Source of the DNA: Camelus dromedarius
Lineage: Eukaryota
Direction of reading: 5' to 3'
Assembly: GCF_036321535.1 (NCBI RefSeq)
Contig: NC_087436.1
Span: forward strand, 67,520,001-67,584,000
Length of the DNA: 64,000 bases
Below are positions 11,898 through 28,043 of the stretch, piece after piece (the stretch's first letter is position 1; each line of letters opens with the position of its first letter). The position numbers and the translations under genes are program-made. The notes under the pieces were generated by a model, which was given only the letters and a program-made list of their open reading frames with translations, did not search any database and had not been told where the DNA came from.

Positions 11898-12412
11898 TGT
11901 GATGGATACTTTTCTGTGTCAATTTAAGTGTGCCACAGGATACCTACACATCTGGTTAAACGTTATTTCTAGGTGTGTCTATTGGGTGTTTCTGAGAGAG
12001 CATCTTTTAGCATCTGAATTGGTGAACTGTATAAAGCAGATGGCCCTTCTCACCGTGGGTGGGCATCATCCAATCCTTTGAGGGCCTGAACAGAACAAAA
12101 AAGGCCAAGGAAGGTTGCATTCACTCTCTGCCTGACTATATGAACTTGCACCAGAAATCTTACACTGTCCTTGATTCTGCTAGTTCTGAAGCTTCAGATC
12201 AGGACTGGAATCTGCATTATCAGCTCTCTGACTCTCAGATCTTTAAACCATACCACTGGCTTTTCAGGGTCTTCAGCTTGCAGAAGACAAAGTGTGGGAC
12301 TTCTGAGCCTCCATAATCATGTGAGCCAATAACCTTATAATCCATCTGTACTTCTTAAGTCTTGATGTATCTCCTATTGGTTCTGTTTCTCAGTAGAACT
12401 CTGCCTAATCCA
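11898..12412 (+). mobile_element. ERVL LTR, MLT2B-like
   Basis: 'tgtgatggatacttttctgtgtcaattt...gggtgggcatcatccaatcc...ctcctattggttctgtttctcagtagaactctgcctaatcca'. Confidence 0.9.
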
Positions 12413-13579
12413 CTAAGATCGGGCATTAGAAAATATAATGTTTGGGGCTCTTAAGATTATTTTTAAAATGCAGAAAACTGAGACTGCAGAGAAAAAAAGG
12501 ATATTTGAATATGCCTACAGTAGTATTCTGGGAGAATTTAAGAAGTAGAAACAAAAAAAATCTTGTCCTTAAAAGTAGAGCTTAAAGTATACTTTTGAAG
12601 GAAGTGAAAAAAATATAAGGAGAAATGAGAATCAGTTCAAAGCATTCTGATATGTTTTGATAGAGTTATTATGGGTAGAAATAAAGGGTCTAAATTCCTT
12701 GAGATTCTTTACTAAATACATTAATACAGTTAAATAACATTTTTCAGATATCCAGATAGCTGTTACTTTTGGTATATTGGATAAATCCATTTCTGTCAGG
12801 TAGCTGATGGGATATTCCATATTAATCATATTTTAGAGCTCTCCTCCTCAGTAGAGTAGTCCAAGAAGCAGGGGCTTGTATAACATTGTCCTCATGAAGG
12901 GACAATACAATTTGAATTTATTTTGGATTTACTCAGTCCAATCCAAATAGACCATAAAGGCTATACATCTTGCTGTTCAGTCTCTCAGACATTCATGTAC
13001 ATCTTCATTTGTCCCCTTCAGTACGCTACTCTGGATAGAGCCCTATCTCCTGGACCCTTTTGCAATCATGTTCCACAATCTCAGTTTATGAAAGGATAAC
13101 TTTCACCATCTGTGAGATAAGCTATCCTCAACAAGTATCTCTCTCACAAGGCTTATGATCCAAAACAAAAGCATCTATGAGTTAGTACCATATTTTGGGC
13201 ATCTTAACTCTCACTTTTAACTTTGTAACATGAAATCTATCTACAATCCCCAACGTTAGAAACCCCAATTTTTAAATATGAAGGATTCTTTGAATGAATG
13301 ACAGAAGACAACGTGTCTGGTTTTTTCTCCCAGGAAAAGATACATGATCTTGACGTACATAGAACTTATTTAGAGACTAGTATAAGAAGAGTGAATGGAT
13401 GTTTATAAGTAACATATTTGTTGAAGTGGAGGAAGAGAATTTGGTTAATTTTCTTACAACAGGGCACACAGTGTGGGGAGGTGGACAGAAATGGAGATGA
13501 AGAATTTTTTTTTCTATGATAGTCCTTACTTTATTGGATAGTGAATATAATAAAATTGGAGAAAAGGATTTGGGAGCTT

Positions 13580-16111
<2,532 letters not shown>

Positions 16112-19100
16112 GAATAAATTTTAAGACAAGTAGCTATTCTTCTATATGTTATAATCAACTAGAGATTGTGAAATGATGCTAGGCAAGGATGTAAATAATT
16201 GAACCTAAAAAACGTGAACTTTTACTAAGTGCCATGGTTACAGTAATTTATTTTGCTAGTGCCACATAACATGAAAAAGGAAGCAAATATTGATCTGATT
16301 TATTATTATTATCATCATCATGATTATTATTAAAATTAGGAATCAGTAAGGTAGATTGTCAGGAGTGGACGACACCAAGAATGCTAGCAAGAAATTAGTT
16401 CATACTGTCTTTCATGGATTCCTGTGTGTAAAAAATATTGAAGTGAATTCAGATGATGAGGAGCATGTCAGGGGAAAAGTGTTGGGATTAGAAGGAATGA
16501 GAGAAATCAGTGACCTGGGAGTTTGTATTAGAAAAGAAATTAATGTGGGGAAAAAAAAGGTAAAATAAAAATAGGCAGAACACAATGCAAAGGAGTCAGT
16601 GGTGATAATTTACATTACTGGCAGAATTTTGTGATTTATAAGCATAATTGGGGAATTGCCTATAGTGAATATTAGAATATGGTGGAAGAAAAATCATGTA
16701 ACTTAAGTTAAGTATAGATTATCGGTAACTAAATATAGAGATGGGATTTTATAGAGCATAAATCTAATAAAATATCCATACTGAGATAAGATTAGAAACA
16801 GATAAGCATTTATGAATTATGAGAAAAGGAATATGAAGCTTATAAACTGAATGGGAAGGGGCACCATGTCCTTCAGTGTCTTCCTTCCTGGAAGAGTCTT
16901 GGTATGTGCCTGATTTTTAATAGCATTCCTTTTCTGTCTCAAAATTGGTTTGGTTTAGGTGATAAGTTTTCCAGTCACACTACACATGGGTAGTATCAGC
17001 TACTTTAATGAAAATTCTAATTAGACAAAAGGTAATGATTATTGTCATAAAAATATTGACTGTTAATGCTCTTTTAACTATCTCATTTCTCACAAAAAGG
17101 AGACTGCTCTGCTTGATATGGGAAGAACTCAGAGTAAAATTCCCAGACTAAAACCTAGAGTCTCTAAAACCAGGTTAACATCTTTTTCACTATCCTATAA
17201 TAACTGTAGAATTGAAAAATGATTGAGTGTTTTGGGTAATCAAATGTCTTTTGACATTTTTGAGAACTGTATAAAGTCACCAATCGTTGTTTTAAATCAT
17301 GAATATTTCCGTAGGAAGTCTTAACATTAACTATACACATAAAGTATAATGCTTAAAACATAATTTTTGATAAATTCATAAATTAATCAAAACCCCTATA
17401 TTGTTTCCCTTTGGTTGTGTGATAGATATAAAACTTTTATATGTAAAGGGAAGCACATTGATATATTTGTGGCAATAATCCAGATATAAGATGGCAGAGA
17501 TTCAGAAGTTGTTTAACTCCCATCCTTCACCTGAAGGTACCTGGAGATTTCCTCCAATAATCTCACTGTCTCTTCATCTTGGCCAACAATAAATTTCATT
17601 CAATCTACAGTCACCTGGGAGAAGAAGTAAGCTGGGTTTGATAATGATTGACTATACAGAATCTCTATATGGAGCAACTGGACAGAAGTTTGTATGATAT
17701 ATGTTCATGGTCTGTTTAAAAGAGGACTGAATTAACAAATGGAGAGGTAGTAATGCATATTCAAGGGCTGTCTTAAAGCAGAAGTTACGGAGGTTAACCT
17801 GGCATAAAATAGACCCTCTAAAGAATGGTACAAAAAATGGAGAATGATCAATTGAAAAGATGTATATGAATGAATATGCTTTTCTACTGCCATTTTACTA
17901 TAGGAATTGAGAAATAGTTTAGAAATTGTAAAAGATCTGTATATTATTATTTCCTTTCCTTCATTGAAACCTTAGCCAGCAGTAAATTTTTCTTTTTTCC
18001 ATGGGTTTTATGAGACTCTGGAACAAAAGCAATTTACATAATATGTATATGTATGAATGTTTGTGTGTGTGTGTATGTACCCAAACTTATGTAGACTGTA
18101 TATATACATTTATTTAATTATACATATATTTTATATATTTATACATTTATTCATTTAAACTGTTCTTAGTATATACTGATGAACAAATATTGCTTAACAA
18201 AAATGTAGTAAGATAATTTATTGGAGAGCAAGGTCTAAAATATTTAAAACTATAGTTAAAGTATATTTTTATAATGTGCTGTTAATAAATGCATACAGCC
18301 TTTAGAATGACTCTTAAATATCCTGTAAGCATGTGGATAAAGAAAAGGAAAGTGAAGTTATTGGAACAAGATGAATTTGGAGATAATGGAAGATAGATAG
18401 GTAATTAGATAAATAGACATATCTTAAATAAATAGACATAATGGACATTTCTTAAACAAGGCATATTTTTAAGAAAACATTTTTAAAGGTAGAACAGGAA
18501 AACAGGTCACATAAATATTGTTTTAAGAATCCACAGTTAATCTTTCTTCTCTTCCTCTGGTGTTAGGGACCTTATATAGACCACAGGTAGGTGTGGTGAG
18601 TCTTTCTTGGCAAAAGTAGAGCGAATCAGGATGTAAATTCTCCAGAAATCCTCGAGGGGAACAAGTCAGGTTTATTCTGCATGCATGTGGAATTACCTCT
18701 TAGAGAATAAAAGAAAATAGGAAGAAGGACAAGATCTTACATATAATATTTGCTAAAACCTCATTACATAAACTTTGAGTTTTCAGTTTTCCCAGAAGAA
18801 GCTATTATTCATTTCAAGTTCAAATATATTGCTCAAAATTATAAGATTTTCTGGCACTTTTTATTAAAAATTCAGGTGTCTAGCTGTCGAAACCAGACAC
18901 TGCAGCATATTAAAGTCTGCATATTCCTGGGATTCCAAATATGCCTAAAAGTATATATATACTAAACACTTTCTTGGATTTAACATATTTTAAACATCAC
19001 TACAGGAAAGAATGGCTTTATTCCTGTTTCATAAATTTCATACAACTGTTTGCATATTGACTTATCAATTTTCTCTGATGTACTAAAAATGTTTTCTAAT

Positions 19101-19731
19101 TTGTCAAATATCTAGAGGTGGTAGGGTAGGTTCTTGACTAACCCAAGTTTTGTTTCTGTGTACAAGTAACCAGCATTATTAATTGAGTTTCACTGGATGG
19201 GGATTCATTTTGTTCACTTTTATGAAGTCTGCTTTAGCATACTTCGATGAACAAATACCATTTACTAGAACATGTGGAGAAAGGTTGCTTAGAGGAAATC
19301 GAGGAATATAATTATTTAGAAGTACAGTTTTCATAATTTGTCAATAGTAAATCTCTGGAGCCTAACAAATAATAGCCCTTAATGGACCACTGAAATGAAC
19401 GCAAACTTATTTGGAGCAAATTATTTTGGAGAGGCTGAGGAGTCAAATTGTAATTTAATGTGCATGGTGCATTCAGGATGCAAGGAACCATCATTTGCAC
19501 AATCTTGAAAAAGATAAAAAGAAGTCTTACAGCACAGGAAATAGCACATTACAAAGCTGTGTATAGCCTAGTTATGTCAGGAAGCCAGTATAATGTGTGT
19601 GTTAGCAGACCACCTGAGTGGATGAGATGTATTATAATCACGATGTTTATCATACATAATTACTGAACACAAGCTGTATTATATGGCACTGACAAGCATG
19701 GATCTGTAGTTCTAGATTTATGTCCTTTTAG

Positions 19732-19920
19732 GTTCCTAAGCAGAGCTTGTTATGTATAAACCAGCAGAAGCAGATGGACTGCTCTCCAGAGTACAATAGA
19801 ATAACACAGGATTATAGAGAGGAAAAAGTTTCCTCTAGCAAAACCACAGAAATACAGGCAGCTAGAGAGAAAAATCCCACAACTGACCAGAAAGAACTAC
19901 TGGTCACACTTAAAATCTAA
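19732..19920 (+). CDS. Candidate terminal coding exon of an unidentified gene (weak)
   Basis: Acceptor 'tatgtccttttag', 62 open codons in phase 0 (VPKQSLLCINQQKQMDCSPEY...KELLVTLKI*), AATAAA at 20032-20037; no homologue recognised. Confidence 0.22.
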   Translation, partial: VPKQSLLCINQQKQMDCSPEYNRITQDYREEKVSSSKTTEIQAAREKNPTTDQKELLVTLKI

Positions 19921-20085
19921 TTGATATATATCAATTCTGACAAGCAGGACACTTAGAAAACAAAAAAAAGAGATAGAAAGAGAGAAAATTTCTCTTCCTG
20001 TTTAAAGATTGGCACAAACCTGGCTGTAGTGAATAAAAATTGAAAGCACAAACTGTAAAGCCACTTTTTTTCCTTGCCACTCATG

Positions 20086-20320
20086 ATTTTATTTTATTTT
20101 ATTATTTTTTATTGAAGTATATAGTTAGTTACAATGTGTCAATTTCTGGTGTACCACCTAATGTCCTAATCATGCATACATATACATATATTCATTTTCA
20201 TATTCTCTCATTAAATGTTATTATAAGATATTGAATATAGTTCCCTGTGCTATACAGAAGAAATCTGTTTTTTGTCTATTTTTATATATAGTGGTTAATA
20301 TTTTCAAACCTCAAACTCCC
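20086..20320 (-). mobile_element. Short camelid L1 3' end
   Basis: T-rich tail then 'attgaagtatatagttagttacaatgtgtcaatttctggtg...ttccctgtgctatacagaag'; same type as the copy at 21655. Confidence 0.9.
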
Positions 20321-20329
20321 CTTTGGACA

Positions 20330-20550
20330 CATTTGTTCACCTCTGTTCCATTTCTTCTTCCAAGACATGGAGATGATAACTGTTCTGGCCAGAATGTTGT
20401 CATAAGGTTTAAACGTGATGAGGTTTAAATAGTAACCTCTATGCAATTGCTGGCTATAGCTATTATCCCGATTTTACTGATGAAGAAAAATCTGAGTCAC
20501 AGAGCTTTGCCCAACATAACCCAGCTAGTGGGTATCAAAGTGAAAGACAG
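20330..20550. mobile_element. Two MIR fragments in opposite orientation (+ ~20330-20430, - ~20460-20550)
   Basis: 'tattatcccgattttactgatgaagaaaaatctgagtcacagag' is the antisense MIR core; 'gttgtcataaggtttaaacgtgat' is sense. Confidence 0.6.
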
Positions 20551-20555
20551 TATAA

Positions 20556-20969
20556 CTACCTTAGTTATCCGTCGCTATATAACAAATCACCCTAACATTT
20601 ACTGGCTTAAAACAAGAACAGTGTGTTGTTCCCTCTGATTCTGTTAGTTGACCAGGTGGTTCTTTTGCTGGTTTAACTTGGGTTCACTTTGCAAATGCAT
20701 TTCCCTGACGCTAGGCTCAGCTAGACCCCTCAGGTGGAACGGGTTTTCATTCCAGTATTTTTGTCCAGGTATTCCTCAGGGTTTCAAGATGCAAGCTGCC
20801 ACTCTACAAAGACGTTAGCACACTTGTGCTTGACTCAGCTTTGCTGATGCCACATGGACCAAATCAAGTCTCTAGGCAAGCCCACAGTCAGTATGGGAGA
20901 GGACTTCCCAAAGTGTAGACACTGAAAGTTGTGATTTATTGGAGGCCATCAAGAAAATATTTATCCACA
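20556..20969 (-). mobile_element. Old MaLR LTR (MLT1H-L group)
   Basis: 'ttagttatccgtcgctatataacaaatcaccctaacatttactggcttaaaacaa' ... 'aagcccacagtcagtatgggagaggact...ttatccaca'. Confidence 0.8.
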
Positions 20970-21654
20970 TCTATGGACTTGAAAATCCTTTGGTTTTTTA
21001 TCTGCTATTGTATTTATCAACTTCAGATAAGAAAATTGACAAAATATAGATTAATCATCTATAAACATTGTTAGAATGAAGAACCTCCGGGTATTTGTGT
21101 GTGTGTGTGTGCATGTGCATGTACATGAATGCTTTCATTGGAGATATTGCTGGAAATTCTTGAAATTGACTGACTCAGTAATGTACAACTTAACTGAAAA
21201 AATCTGGATAATGTTCCAAAAGTTTGTGGCAAACCAAGTAATAAGAATAATAAAACTGTTAAAGTAGGAGTTTATTCAGAAAACAGGTACATGGATATTG
21301 AATCTTGCCTGTGCCCCTCACCTGCTGATTGATTACCTCTGATGGGTCTTTGGTAACATGAGTATGTAAGGCAACGAATGTTAGGTATCATAGTGAGTGT
21401 CTTACACATCTGGAAATATGGTTATGAAGTAACATGTATTTTTAGTAAAATATGCCTGTGATAAATCATGTACATCTGTCTCCAGTGAATTCACTTTTGT
21501 GTAATACTTCACTTGCACCACATTGTTTCCATAAACAAAGTTTTTGTTCTTTTCTCTCTAAAATGCAGATGATACCTATAATACCACTTTTTTTTTTTAA
21601 TTTTTAGAATAAGAGTTGGTGTATATTAGGAATCTATCATAGTGCTTGGCACTT

Positions 21655-22690
21655 TTTTTTAATTGAAGTGCAGTCAGTTACAATGTGTCAATTTCTTGTG
21701 TACAGCACAACTTCCCAGTCATGCATATAAATACATATATTCATTTTCATATTCTTTTTCATTAAAGGTTATTACAAGATATTGAGGATAGTTACCTGTG
21801 CTACACAGAAGAAATTAGTTTTTTTTAATCTATTTATACACATAGTGGCTAACATTTGGAAATCTCAAACTCTCAAATTTATCCCTTCCCAAGGTAACCA
21901 TAAGATTGTTTACTATGTCTGCGAGTCTGCTTCTGTTTCGTAGATGAGTTCATTAGTGTCTTCTTTTTTTTCTTTTTTTTTTTTAGATTCCACCTATGAG
22001 TGATATCGTATGGTATTTTTCTTTTTCTTTCTGGCTTACTTCACTTAGAATGGTAAACTCTAGGTCCATTCATGTTGCTGTAAATGGCATTGTATTATTC
22101 TTTTTATGGCTGAGTAATATTCCATGGTATAAATATACCACAACTTCTTTATCCAGTCTTCTGTCAATGGACATTTAGGTTGCTTCCATGTCTTGGCTAT
22201 TGTATATAGTGCTGCAATGAACTTTGGGGTGCATGCATTTTTTTTGAATTAGAATTTTCTCCAGGTATGTCCAAGAGTGGGATTGCTGGATCATATGGTG
22301 AGCCTATTTTTAGTTTTTTGAGGAAAATCCATACTGTTTTCCATAATGGCTGCACAAAACTACATTCCCACCAACAGTGTAGGAGGGTTCCCTTTTCTCC
22401 ACACCCTCTCCAGCATTTATTGTTTGTGGACTTTTGAATGATAGCCATTCTGAGTGGTGTGAGGTGATACCTCATTGTAGTTTTGATCTGCATTTCTCTG
22501 ATAATTAGTGATATTGAGCATTTTTTTATGTGCCTATTGGCCATTCATATGTCTTCATTGGAGAATTGCTTATTTGGGTCTTGTGCCCATTTTTGCAAAT
22601 GACGTGACTGACTAAATGACTAAAATTTTAATTTCAAGAATATAAAAACAGCTCATACAACTTAACAACAACACGGCCCAATCCAAAAAT
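21655..22690 (-). mobile_element. Camelid L1, 5'-truncated with 5' inversion (inverted part ~22596-22690), inserted in a MIR
   Basis: 13-bp TSD GTGCTTGGCACTT (21642-21654, 22691-22703); ORF 22197-22544 encodes the ORF2p CCHC motif [18 protein letters not shown]; orientation flips at ~22595. Confidence 0.95.
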
Positions 22691-22949
22691 GTGCTTGGCA
22701 CTTAATGGCACTAAATAAACCTAGAAATACTCCTCCTTTATTTTGCTACTCCTCTACCTCTCCCCCCTTCCTTCCTTCCTTTCTTGCTTCCATCCCTTTC
22801 TTTCTCTTTCCTCCTTCATTTCCTCAGTCCTTATTAAATTACATTTCTGGTGTTTTTTGCTATGTACCATTTAAATATTCCTTTAGTAAATATTTGCCTT
22901 TATGGCTTCTGGGTTACAACATGCTTATAAGTTTACAACCAGAAACTAT

Positions 22950-23520
22950 TTTTTAATTTTCTATATTTTCTTCCAATTGTGTATAGATCTTAAAAATCTG
23001 TGTATTTTAAGTCCCCCATGCATTTTTAGGCATACAGTTGGGCATATGCTTGTTGTAAAGTCAGGGTATATATTTTTGTTATATAAATATGTAGCCAATT
23101 ATCATACAATCATTAATTTAATGTCATCTTTACCAATGCTACTTTACCGTTTATACATGTTTTTCTATCTAGACCTAATCTATTCCATTAATGCATTTTT
23201 CTATTCTTACACCAAAAGCACACATTTTTAATTACTGTAACTACTGCATTATGACATCTGGTCAGACATGTTTACTTTGCCTCACTCAAAGAGCTTTTTT
23301 TTTTTTTTAATGTTCTTGGATATTCTTGTGCCTTTTGTTTTACACAGGAAGTTTAAAATCTTTTACTTTTCTGTTGATTTTCTTAGCTTCTAGAATTGTT
23401 CTCACCTTCTAGAATTCCAATTAGATAAATGTTGGATTTTCTTTCAGTTTTATGTAACCTTTGTATGGTTTTTCTTTGCTTTGTACTTTGTGCTTTACAT
23501 TTGGACTATTTCCTTAATTA
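22950..23520 (-). mobile_element. Decayed L1ME-like fragments
   Basis: 'acattttta attactgtaact', 'ttcttggatattcttgtgcctttt' antisense ORF2-like. Confidence 0.45.
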
Positions 23521-24428
23521 TACCTTTGGTATCATATATTTAGCTTCTGGGGTTGTTAATAGTATTAAATGAGTTTACATTTGTGAAATGCCTTATGTGT
23601 AGTGAAAGCAATACAAATATTATGAATATAATTTTATATATATATAATACATATATCATATTATGCAAATATCAATAATAATAATTAGAAATTAGAAATT
23701 AGATAAGCAGATTGGAATTCCCAAAACTGTATCCTATGAAAAGTCAGGAGGTGAAGTGGTCTTGTCTATTTCTCTACTGGAATTAGTTGTTTTTAAATTT
23801 TTTTTTCTTATGTACAAATTCTTTCTTTATATCCAATAAAATGGTTTCAGTTATTTTGACTAGGGTCTGTTTTAGTGTTTGTCTTCATTAACTAATCTCC
23901 CTAGCAGAGCTCACCCTAGAAAAGTATTATACCTTACAGTTCTTGGGGCTTTATTATCTTGAAGGCAAACATTTAAGCACTTGCCCCAAATATTCACAAG
24001 TCAAATCTGCCTAGCTATTCCACATGCAGTCATTTATCTGAATATCATAATGATAACTCTTAAAGGACTTTGAAAAGGTGATATACTTCATGTGACATCA
24101 AAGCTATTAAGATATAGTAATACTAAATAATATTATTGTATTTCATATAAACCTTCATCCACATTATATCTCCCTGTTTTGTTACTATTATTACATGTTG
24201 AAAAGGTTTTAAATAACATTTACATACATCAAAATACAGAATTTTTTTTTTTTTACAATCCAGTGGTTTTTAGTATATTCACTGTTGTGCAGCCATTACC
24301 AATGATCTGATTTTAGAATATCTTCATACCCCAAACATCCCATTAATCAATTGAAGTCACACTTCATTTCCCTCCAAACTCTCCCTTCCCTAGTCATGGG
24401 CAACCACCAATATACTTTCTGTCTCTCT

Positions 24429-24779
24429 TGTTAAAAGATAAACTGAGGTACATTAAAATTTTCAAGAATTTATTTGATCATACATCAGTTAGAATTGGAC
24501 ATCACCAAAACAAAAGTTGTTAGGATCACTCTACCAACAGGAGCTAACAGAAAGGTTTTTGGAGAGAAGATGCAGAAGCAAAGCAAGGAGATGATTTTAT
24601 TGCTATAGCTCAACAGTTTGGGAAGCCATGTTGGCTGTTTATGATTGATTGCTCTTAAATTTCATTTTCTTGGGTTCCAGTGCATGGACTCTGGCTTAGG
24701 TTTTTGTTTGCTTACGTAGGCTATCAAGGCATTAGAGTCACCCTCTGTCTAATGGCCTCCTTACTTAATTGCTTTAACA
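24429..24779 (-). mobile_element. ERV1-class solo LTR inside the L1MB 3' UTR
   Basis: Terminal inverted TGTTAAA...TTTAACA; splits host 'tctgtct|ctatggatttgcc'; 4-bp TSD ctct/ctat (one mismatch); strand tentative. Confidence 0.85.
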
Positions 24780-27700
24780 CTATGGATTTGCCTACTTTGG
24801 ACATATATAAATAGAATCATTAATTTGTGGTGTTTTATGAGTGGCTTTTTTCACTTAGCATAATGTTTCTGGCCAATCCGTATTGTTTTATGTATCAAAA
24901 TTCCATTCTTTTTATTGCTGAATAACATTCCATTGCAAAAAAATGCACATTTTATTTATCCGTTCATCAGTTGATGGACATTTTGATTGCCAGCCCTTTT
25001 TAAGTTATGGATTGATTGTGGCATGTGCATGTTTCCATTTCTGTTGAATGTATACCTAGGAGTGAAATTGCTTGGACTTATAATAACTCTATGTTTAACA
25101 TTTTGACTAAAAGTCAGACTGTTTTCCAAAGTAGCTGTACCATTTTACATTCCCACCAGTGGCGTATTAAGGTTCCAGTTTCTCCACATCCTCACCAACA
25201 TTTGTCCTTATCTATCCTTTTGTTTATAGCCATTCCAGTGGATATGAAGGAGCATCCCAATACTGTGTTTATTTGCATTTTACTGATGACTAAGGCCATT
25301 GATCATCTTTTCATGTGCTTACTGACCATTTGCATATCTTCTTTAAAAAATGCCTATTTAAATTCTTTGCCCATAAAAATGAGTTTTTGTCTTTTTATTT
25401 TTTGAGTAATAAGACTTCTTAATATTTTCAAGAGACTAGGCTCTCATATTTTCTCTAATTATGTGAGTTGTTTATGTGCAGTTTTCTGTGTTCAGTTGTT
25501 TATGTTCAGTGGGTTGTTTATGTTAAGTTTTGACATTGAGGATTATGAGTTCTCCCACTTTGCTTTTCCTTTTCAAGGTATTTTTTGCTATTCTGAGTCC
25601 CTAATATTTCCATCAAAACTTTAGGAACAGTTTATCAAATTCTGTTAAAAAAAAAAAACTGGTATTTTTATAAAATTGCATTGAATTTGTAGACCAATTA
25701 GAAAAGTATTGTCACGTTAACAATATTAGTCATACGATTTATGCACATTAGGATATCTTTCCATTTATCTAGATTTTCTGAAATACTTTTCAACAATGTC
25801 TTGTGGATTTGTGTATTGCTCTTACACTTCGTTGAATTTATTACCAGGCATTTTGTTCTTTCTGATGCTATTATAAATAGGCTTGTTTTCTTAATTTTAT
25901 TTTTTAAATTGTTCATTGCTGGGGTATAGAACTACAGCTGAATTTTTTTATATTAATCTTGTGTACTATAACCTTGCTGAAATTGTTTATTACTCCTAAT
26001 GGTTTCATTGTGATCAGATTTTGTATTTTGTAAGGTCACATCATTTACAAATAGAGTTTCACTTATTTTGTACAAGACTTTATTTTTCTGTCCTAATTTC
26101 TATGGCTAAAACCTCCAGTACAATGTTGAATAGAAGTGGACATCCTCGTCTGGTTCTTGGTGTAGGGAAAAAGCATTCAATCTTTATCCATTTTATATCT
26201 ATAATGTTAGGTGAGGTATTTAATTAGATGTATTAACAGGCTGAGGAAGTTTCCATCTATTCTCAATTTGTTGAGTTTTTTTTTAAATCACACAAGAGTG
26301 TTGGAATTTGTCTTTTGTGTCTTTTGATATGATCATAAAATTTTGTCTTTTATTCTACTAATATGTTGCATTACATTAATTGACTTTCAAATGTTAAGTC
26401 AGCCTTGCATTCCTGGAGTAGATTCTACTTGGTCATTGACTGTAATCTTTTTTTTCCTAAGTCCTGTATTGGGTTTGCTAGAATTTTGTTGAAGAATGAA
26501 GAATTTGGCCTATAGTCAAAAGGATATCAGTCTGTAGTTTCCTTCTTGTGAATGTCTATCTTGTTTTGGTCATAGGGTAATACCGTCCTTATAGAGTGAG
26601 TTGTGAAATATTCCCTACTATTTTATGTAAAGAGTGAGTTTCTAAAGAATCGGTATTAATTCTTCTTAAATGTTTGTTAGAATTCACCATTGAAGCCATT
26701 GGCCTGGGCTTTTCTTTGTGGGATTTTTTTAAAATTACAAATTGAATGTCCTGTTACAGGTCTAATCACATCATCTGTTTCTTGAGTCAATTTTGCTAGT
26801 TTGTGTCTTTCTAGGAATTTGTTCATTTCATCTATTTAATTTTTTTTTAGCACATAGATGTTCATGTATAATACTTATATTTTCATTTCTGTAAAGTTAG
26901 TTTTCTTTCTTTTATTCCTGTTTGTATTAATTTCTCTATTTTTTTGTGATCTAGTGATAGGTTTGTCAATTTTTCAAATATTTTCTGAAAACTAACATTT
27001 TGTTACTTTTCTCCACTGGTTTTCTATTCCCCATTTTCTTTCTTTATAGTCTAATTTTTATTATTTCCACTGTCCTTGTTTTGTATTATTTTGATCTCTT
27101 TTTAAACTCACTAAGTTGGTAAGTTATGTTATTAGAGATCTTTCCTCTTATTAATATAGGGGTTTGTAATTACACGTTTTTCTCTAAAGACTGTTTTAGA
27201 AGCATCCCGTTAGTTTCAGTATCTTTTGGTTTTACTTAGTGGATTTTCTAATTTCCCTTTGATCCCTTCCTTGTTCTATTATTTATATAGGAGTGAATTC
27301 TTTAATTTCTAGATACTGGGTTTTCCTAATTTCAGTTACTGGTTTCTAAGTCTAATTCCATTGCAGTCAGAGAATATACTTTGTACTATTTTAATATTTT
27401 AAATTATATTGTGTTCTGTTTTATGGCCTAACATAACATTATCCTAAAGAATGTTAGACATTTGAGAAGCATAGGTATTATGCTATTTTTTTTTTGGAGT
27501 TCCATATGTTTGTTAGAATTAGTAGATTTATGATGCTACTGAAGTTTTCTACTTTTTGTTGATATTCTGCCTAGTTTTTCTATTCATTTTTTTAAGTAGA
27601 TAATATACAACTAGTGTCATTGAATTGTCTTTTTCTAACTTCTATTTTGTCATTTGCCTCATTTCGGGACTATGATAGATTAACTGTTTTATTATTATAA

Positions 27701-28043
27701 CATGTCTCTCTTTAAATAATTTTTGTCTTAAATTGTCTATTTTTTCTTAATATAGCCATTCTAGCTTTTTTTTTTTTTTTGCTGTTTGTATGGTAAATCT
27801 TTTACTGCTTTACTTGGATCTAAAGTATGTATACCATAGACAGTATAGGGTTGGATTCTATATTGTTTTGGTATTAAAAAACCTATGATGACAATATTTA
27901 TATTTTAATTAGAATGTTTAGTCTATTTGCATTTTACTTGGTTATTCATAAGATAGGATTTACATGTGTTATCTTGGCAAATTTGGGGGGTTTTGTGTGT
28001 TAAAAAGATACTTCCTAGTGTACTATATTAAATGTTTCCTTTT

